From the human T2T-CHM13v2.0 reference genome, Homo sapiens: a stretch of DNA of 64,000 bases. This document shows positions 58,342 to 64,000 of this stretch, one piece after another. How positions within the stretch are numbered: the first letter of the stretch is position 1; the number at the start of each line of letters is the position of its first letter. The notes beneath the pieces are model-generated. The model was not told where the DNA came from and did no database searches. It was given only the letters and a program-made list of their open reading frames with translations. The DNA is taken from the NCBI RefSeq assembly GCF_009914755.1, contig NC_060928.1. One strand, 5' to 3'. The position numbers and the translations under genes were made by a program.

Positions 58342-59045
58342 TACTGTAAACTATGAAATTTGAGTAATAATAATTTGTCAATGTGTTACCAAAATGCCAG
58401 GGGTTTGGTCTAGGTCTCATTGCCCACCACACAAGAAATCCAATGACAGAGAAAACAAGTACTGCCATGGAAGAAGGCATTAATAAGGTGCTATAGCTGA
58501 AGTGTTGGGATATGAGTCTCAAATCCATCTCCTCAACTGGATAAATTTAGGGGTTTATATACCAAAGAAGAAATGCAACTATGAGTTTGAAAACAGGAAT
58601 AAGGAGGGGTAAAGCTGATGAGTTGGTCAACAAGCAGGTTGTTGGTTAGGTAATCATCATGAGTGAGGGGACTGGGGTCTCATTGTCTAAATATGGTGAT
58701 CTGGTAAGTTTTAGCTCCTTAATACTATCTGGGAGGCCTGAAAGTTGGTTTCCCGAGGAAGGAACTCAGATAAGACAAATGTAAGTTTCAATCTTTAAGA
58801 GTGGTAGGGTAAATTTCTATGTACCAAAAATCAGTAAATATCCGTTGTATGGGAGAGTTGAGTCAGTTTCAAATACAGTTCATAAATTGTAAAACCGTAC
58901 AACTCTAATGGGCGATGTTTATAGTGAAAGAAGCTGTGCGTGTGTGTGTTGGGGGGGGCAGGAAGTATATGGGAATTCTCTGTACTTCTGCTTAGTTTTC
59001 CTATGAATCTATAACTGCTTGTAAAAGTAAAGTCTGAGATAAAAA
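58342..59045 (+). mobile_element. Old L1 (L1MC/L1MD) 3' end interrupted by an LTR
   Basis: tgtaaactatg…tgtcaatg, then ataaattgtaa…gtatatgggaattctctgtacttc…taaagtct. Confidence 0.7.
58384..58871 (-). mobile_element. ERV1 solo LTR (LTR26-like)
   Basis: tgttaccaaaatgccaggggtttggtctaggtc…cagtttca; flanks aatg/aata. Confidence 0.7.
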
Positions 59046-59784
59046 GCTAAGAGAAAAAAGGACCTGAAGATTCAATAGTAACTGGAAGGATTGGTTTAGG
59101 ATGCTAAGATACTCAGAGAAGGAGACCCATCTCCATGGGACATAATTGCTACCAAGTGTTCACAATTGCCCATTTCTTATACTCTGTATTGACAAAGCCT
59201 TGGTCAGTCTTCTCTCTTTCCTTAAGGCTTCTTGACTCTGCTTTTCTGAAGCCTCAGCAAGCACTAAAAAGTATAATGGGCTCTCATATCAGCCGATCTT
59301 GAGAATAGGCTGGCCACAGGGAGACACTTTTCCTGACTTACCCTGCTGGTAATTTCTCCCCGTTTTCTTAATTTCTCCTTATTTACTTCCTGCTCCTTCT
59401 ATAAATTGAATGAATCTTTCTGTTCGATTTGAAATGCTTGCATTTCTTAACTTTGAATTATTCTCCTTATCGCAATAGTATTTCTAATTAAAATTTCCTT
59501 ATCTAAATCCAGATTTGTTTTCATTTTGCAGTGGTTATTTTAATAAACATGATTAAAGTCACATGTTCTGAAACAGTAGTTATGATAACCCTGTCAAAAA
59601 ATTTTAGATAAAAAAACTGAGAGCTTATCTATCCAACATTCTCATTTTAGAATGTAAAACTATTATTTCAAAGAAAAAAAATATAGTTTTGGTAATTTGC
59701 CTAAACTCACTCATGCTAAAATGAAACTTGTCATAGATTAGATAGTATCATAACTTGACAAAATTCTCCTTTTACCTAATTTAA

Positions 59785-59958
59785 TGTACCTGTGCAAAGG
59801 TTCTTTACCAGTTACATGAGTTCAGAAAGACAGAGCACTCAGGCAAAGCAGATTTATTACTCATAGAGAGACAGCAGAGATAAACAGAAGCCTAGTATCC
59901 ATGGCAAGCCAATCCACCAAGCTCAGGAAAGATGCCCAGGGCAGATGGAATTGTGTCT
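59785..59958 (-). mobile_element. ERVL-class LTR fragment (MER74/MER73-like)
   Basis: tttattactcatag…agaagcctag…gctcaggaaagatgcccagggcagatgga; homologous to 60385-60490. Confidence 0.55.
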
Positions 59959-60255
59959 GGCAACCACTAATCCTTTAACTATAGTTACAGTTCTGCCTTT
60001 GCCAAAATATTGAATAATTGGAATCATACAGTAAGTAGCCTTTTCAGACTATTTTTTCACTTATCAATACATTTATATATGATTCATCTATTTTGTTGTT
60101 TATGTTGCTTAATATTCATTTATTTTTATCTCAGAATAATATCTAATTGTATGGCTATACCACAGTTCATAGATTCAGCTGTTGAAGAATATCTAGGTTG
60201 CTTCTACTTGTTGATGAATATGAATGAACTTCTATAATATTCATATGCAGTTTGT
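59959..60255 (-). mobile_element. Old L1 (L1MC/MD) fragment
   Basis: ggcaaccactaatc…ggaatcatacagtaagtagccttttcagact…taggttgcttcta. Confidence 0.65.
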
Positions 60256-60635
60256 GTGTGTGTGTGAAACAGGTTCACTGTGCAGAGATTACCACTTCAG
60301 CCCACTGCATCTTGGGCTACAATTTTTACTGTTTTCGTAAGCCCAGTGAGGCAGAACATCGACAGTACAAGTTAAGGGAAGTAAATTTATTACTCATAAA
60401 TAGGCAGCAAGGGACAGTAAAAGCCTAGGATTTTTAGTGAGTTAGTCTCTGAAGGCTCAGGCATGCTAACCAGAGTAGATGGAATCTTGTCTGCACATGC
60501 CCCATGTCATGCCACAGCTCAGGGGCCCCAAAGAGCACTCTGTACTGGGGTTATATACTTGGTTTAATATATACTTGGTTATATACTTGAGTGTTGCAGA
60601 ATATCCTGCCATAGGAGGAATAAGGACATAGACTG

Positions 60636-61212
60636 TGATATGGTTTGGATGTCTGTCCCTTCCAAATCTCATGGTTTTGTTTGTTTGTTTCTTTGTTCAT
60701 GCTTTGAGACAGGATCTCACTCTGCTGCCCAGGCTACAGTGGCAGATCTTAGCTCACTGCAGCCTTGAACTCCTGGGCTCAAGCAATCCTCCTGTCTCAG
60801 CTTCCCAAAGTGCTGGAATTACAGGTGTAATAAATCTCATGTTGAAATGTCACTCTCAACGTTGGAGGTGGATCCTGTCGGGAGGTGTTTGGATTAGTGG
60901 TTGGATTTCTTATGAATGACTTGGAGATGTTCTCATAGTAATGAGTGAGTTCTCACTCTATGACTTCATATGAGATCTGGTTGTTTAAAAGAGCCTGGAA
61001 CTTCCTCATCTCTCTTGCTCTCTCTCTTGCCATGTGACATGCTGGCTCCCTTTGCCTTCCATTATTACTGAAAGCTTCCTAAGAAACTCAGCAGAAGCAC
61101 ATGCTGGCACTATGTCTTCTGTATAGCCTGAAGAACTGTGAGCCAAATAAGCCTCTTCTTTATAAACCCAGTGTCTGGTATTTCTTTATAGCAATGCAAA
61201 TGAGCTAACACA
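60636..61212 (+). mobile_element. MSTB-like MaLR solo LTR containing a FLAM
   Basis: tgatatggtttggatgtc…gctaacaca; TSD gactg/gcctg. Confidence 0.88.
60674..60831 (-). mobile_element. Alu monomer (FLAM_C-like)
   Basis: Single 7SL-derived monomer with a T-rich tail; TSD aaatctcatg (60664-60673 / 60832-60841). Confidence 0.85.
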
Positions 61213-61656
61213 GCCTGGGATATTGGGATATTCCAGAAACTTCCCCCTTACCTCATTATGTTGCATCCTTGGTATATACTGCAGTTATACTAAAATCTAT
61301 AAGCATTCAAATAATTGCAAAAAGGAGGGACAAGAACTGTGACAGCCAAAGCTATCTAGGGACCCATCCTACAATCTGTTATGATCTATTACCAATATGA
61401 GCAAAATTCAAATTTACCTATGGTTAATTTCGCTAAAAATTTGTTTTTCTAATGTTATTTCTAAAATGTGTATATTTATACTTTTATTTTGTTTTATTCT
61501 TCCATTAGCTGTATAGATATATATACACACATACACATATATACATAACCATATATAGTGCATATATTATACACCTTAAATATATATGTGATGTATTCAC
61601 TATTTAAGAATAAATTAGATATAAATGACAAAAGAAAACAAAAAGTATGTTTCTGA

Positions 61657-61688
<32 letters not shown>

Positions 61689-61917
61689 TCAATGTATATA
61701 TATTCAAAATTCCTTATCTGAAAATCCAAAAACTATAATATTCTGACAAAAAGTGTTTATTACTGATGTTATAAAATTTGATTTAACATGAATTTAATGT
61801 ACTTTTATTCTATATATTGTGAACATCCATAAACTTATATTGAATAAACACACATACACACACACACACACGCATACAAGTATATATATTGAAAGAAAGA
61901 GAGACTACTTTATATAT

Positions 61918-62228
61918 CCAGACCTATAATTTCTCATCTAAAAATCCAAAAACAATAATATTCTGAAAAAAAGTATTCATTACTGATGTTACAAAATTTG
62001 ATTTGACTTGAATTTAATGTAATTTTATTCTATATTTGTGAATACTCATAAATTTATTTGAAGAAACATGAATATGTTTGATACAGGGGTGATTTCCTAG
62101 ACTCTAAAAGTTGTATTATATAACATATGGTACACATACATATTACTTCTATTTCTGAAATTCAAAAAAATCTGAATTACAAATTATATCTACACCTAAT
62201 GTTTTAGGATGAGGTTTTCTGGATCTAC
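61918..62228. mobile_element. Ancient non-autonomous TcMar-Tigger-type element (MamRep434-like)
   Basis: Degenerate TIRs cagacctataatttctcatct… and …ggatgaggttttctggatcta in a TA context. Family name is from recall. Confidence 0.45.
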
Positions 62229-63029
62229 ATATATATTGTTACATACAATTTTTAAGCTTCATTTACTGAGTTTCTTTTTAAAGGGGATATAATGCAGCTA
62301 TAGTACCTAAGTGTTGCTTATGATGGTAGTATTGCTTCACTAAGTAGTAGAAAATATTTTGCAGTTTTAAGCAATGTTTGTATTTTGTAAAAATATGCTT
62401 ACAAGAACTGAATGCCTAGTTTCTTTTTTATATCAAAAATTATAGTAGTTTTTTTATAGCGGTTAATAAGCTCTTAAAATGTAAAGACAAAATAAAAGAA
62501 GCAATTCATCTCCAAACATGTTTAAAATTTTCACATATTTTCTTTTACTTTGTATAAATATTTTAAAACCTTTTTCTGTTTCATATTATTTTTGTTAGTG
62601 TTTCTTCTGTTAATTGTTTTAAACATTATTTCTTTATTTTGTCTCTCTATTCTCTTGAAAAATGAAAGATTTTCTTCAGGTACCTGTTTCTCAATAACAT
62701 TATTCTGAAATATTATGTATTGATTGATAGAGTATTACAAACAAAATTAATTGGGACATGTTCTATATCTGTTCTTTATAAAATTTGTGTTCCTTAAAAC
62801 TCCTAATACTTCACTCTTGAATTATATATACTTACTTATCTGATCACAGTACAGGTGACCAAATAAACACAGGCCTGGCTCATCAGAAAACTTGAACCTT
62901 CCCCAAGCAAGTCAGAGAACAGAAACGAATATATAACTTTTTTCTGAAAGATGACCTCATAGACAGAAGTGGGTCATGTCTATGTTCCATCCTCCATATA
63001 CTTTAACAATTTAAACCAGCCTCTTATCC

Positions 63030-63480
63030 AATTCAGATATGATAATCTATGTTGTCTCCTCTTGAATCTGGGATGGCTTGTGACTACAGTGTGGTCATTA
63101 TGGCTTTGAAAGCTAGGATAAAAAGCCTTATAGCTTCTACTTGGTTATATTTATAAATTTTCTCTGGGGAAATTCATATCCTCTGAGACTGCCATGCTGA
63201 AGAGGCCATGTATTTGTGCTCTAGTCAAGAGTGCTGGCAGAGTTTCTGGATAACAGAAGGCATTATCCTCCAGCCTTGTTTGCCAGCCATGATGGATGCC
63301 CATACTAAAGTTTTCAGATCATCGTAGCCCCAGCTGACACTTAACCGAATATTAGGCATCCCAAGAGAGAGCTCTCTAGCAGCGCCCTGCCCAAATTCCT
63401 GAACCACAGAAATTAAAAGCATAGAATGGTCATTCTTCTACACTAATAAATGGCTTGGTACTCAGTTACAGCAATTTAAA
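63030..63480 (+). mobile_element. MaLR MLT1 (MLT1G/H-like) LTR
   Basis: cttgaatctgggatggcttgtgact…ctgagactgccatgctg…cctgcccaaattcctgaaccacagaa. Confidence 0.7.
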
Positions 63481-64000
63481 ATATGTATTTTAATTCTAAC
63501 AGTATTTATAATGACACAATCAATTATTAAAATTAATTAATCTCTGTTCAAGGAACTTCACAAAATATGCATGATGATGAAAATATATATGTATGGTGTG
63601 GTAAGACGTTTTTTAGGGCAACTCATTTTACAAGATTTATTTTTAAAATGGCTAACATTTATTGAAGTTTTCTATTATCCCAGTAATTAGTCATTTCTTC
63701 ATTAATTTTACTATTCAATATTTTCAAGAAACATGAAGTAAGAATTATTTAATGATGCAGAAATAAATGTTTAGAGAATAAATAATATCTTTTCAGACAT
63801 AGCACACCTGGAAAATGAGAGATCTATCCAATCTAAAAGCCTTTCATTTTCAAACTGTGGTGTATTCAGAAAAGAAAGTCGTATTTATGAAGTTTGCAAT
63901 GGATATACTATATTAGCTGTTTGACAAAATTATGTTTTAAGATCATGGCTTCCCCTTTCTTATTTTCTGCTGATACTTCTCATTAGAGTATATTTTTATA

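Larger units (their letters stand above)
60263..61372 (-). mobile_element. MER74-like ERVL LTR interrupted by MSTB
   Basis: tgtgaaacaggttcactgtgca…tttattactcataaataggcagcaagggac…; resumes after 61212. Confidence 0.6.

Noticed and set aside
59785-60500. Similar segments at 59785-59958 and 60385-60490 as a local duplication
   Set aside because: They are highly diverged and both resemble MER74-class LTRs, so independent or ancient copies are as likely.

Overview
This is AT-rich primate, almost certainly human, non-genic DNA: it carries an AluYb8-type element, a human-specific subfamily. Most of the window is transposable-element relics, and I see no host protein-coding gene, RNA gene or CRISPR. 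The main elements are (1) a full-length but inactivated L1PA3-type LINE-1 (9201-15227, 14-bp TSD) inside a MER4-group ERV1; (2) an older, internally deleted L1 with a ~113-bp monomer array in its 5'UTR; (3) a complete THE1 MaLR element and several solo MaLR/ERV LTRs; (4) a twin-primed (5'-inverted) L1; and (5) an 18.3-kb nested stack, in which an ERV1 provirus splits an Alu and itself holds a full HERV-L (with an L1 inside), an AluYb8, a MER9 solo LTR and a MADE1 fragment. The most unusual structures are a near-perfect 77-bp-arm palindrome at the 5' junction of a truncated L1, a micro-inversion at an L1 deletion junction, several microsatellite-associated tandem duplications and an open antisense ORF0. 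I found no convincing new biological system. Subfamily names come from my recall of consensus sequences and need Dfam/RepeatMasker confirmation.
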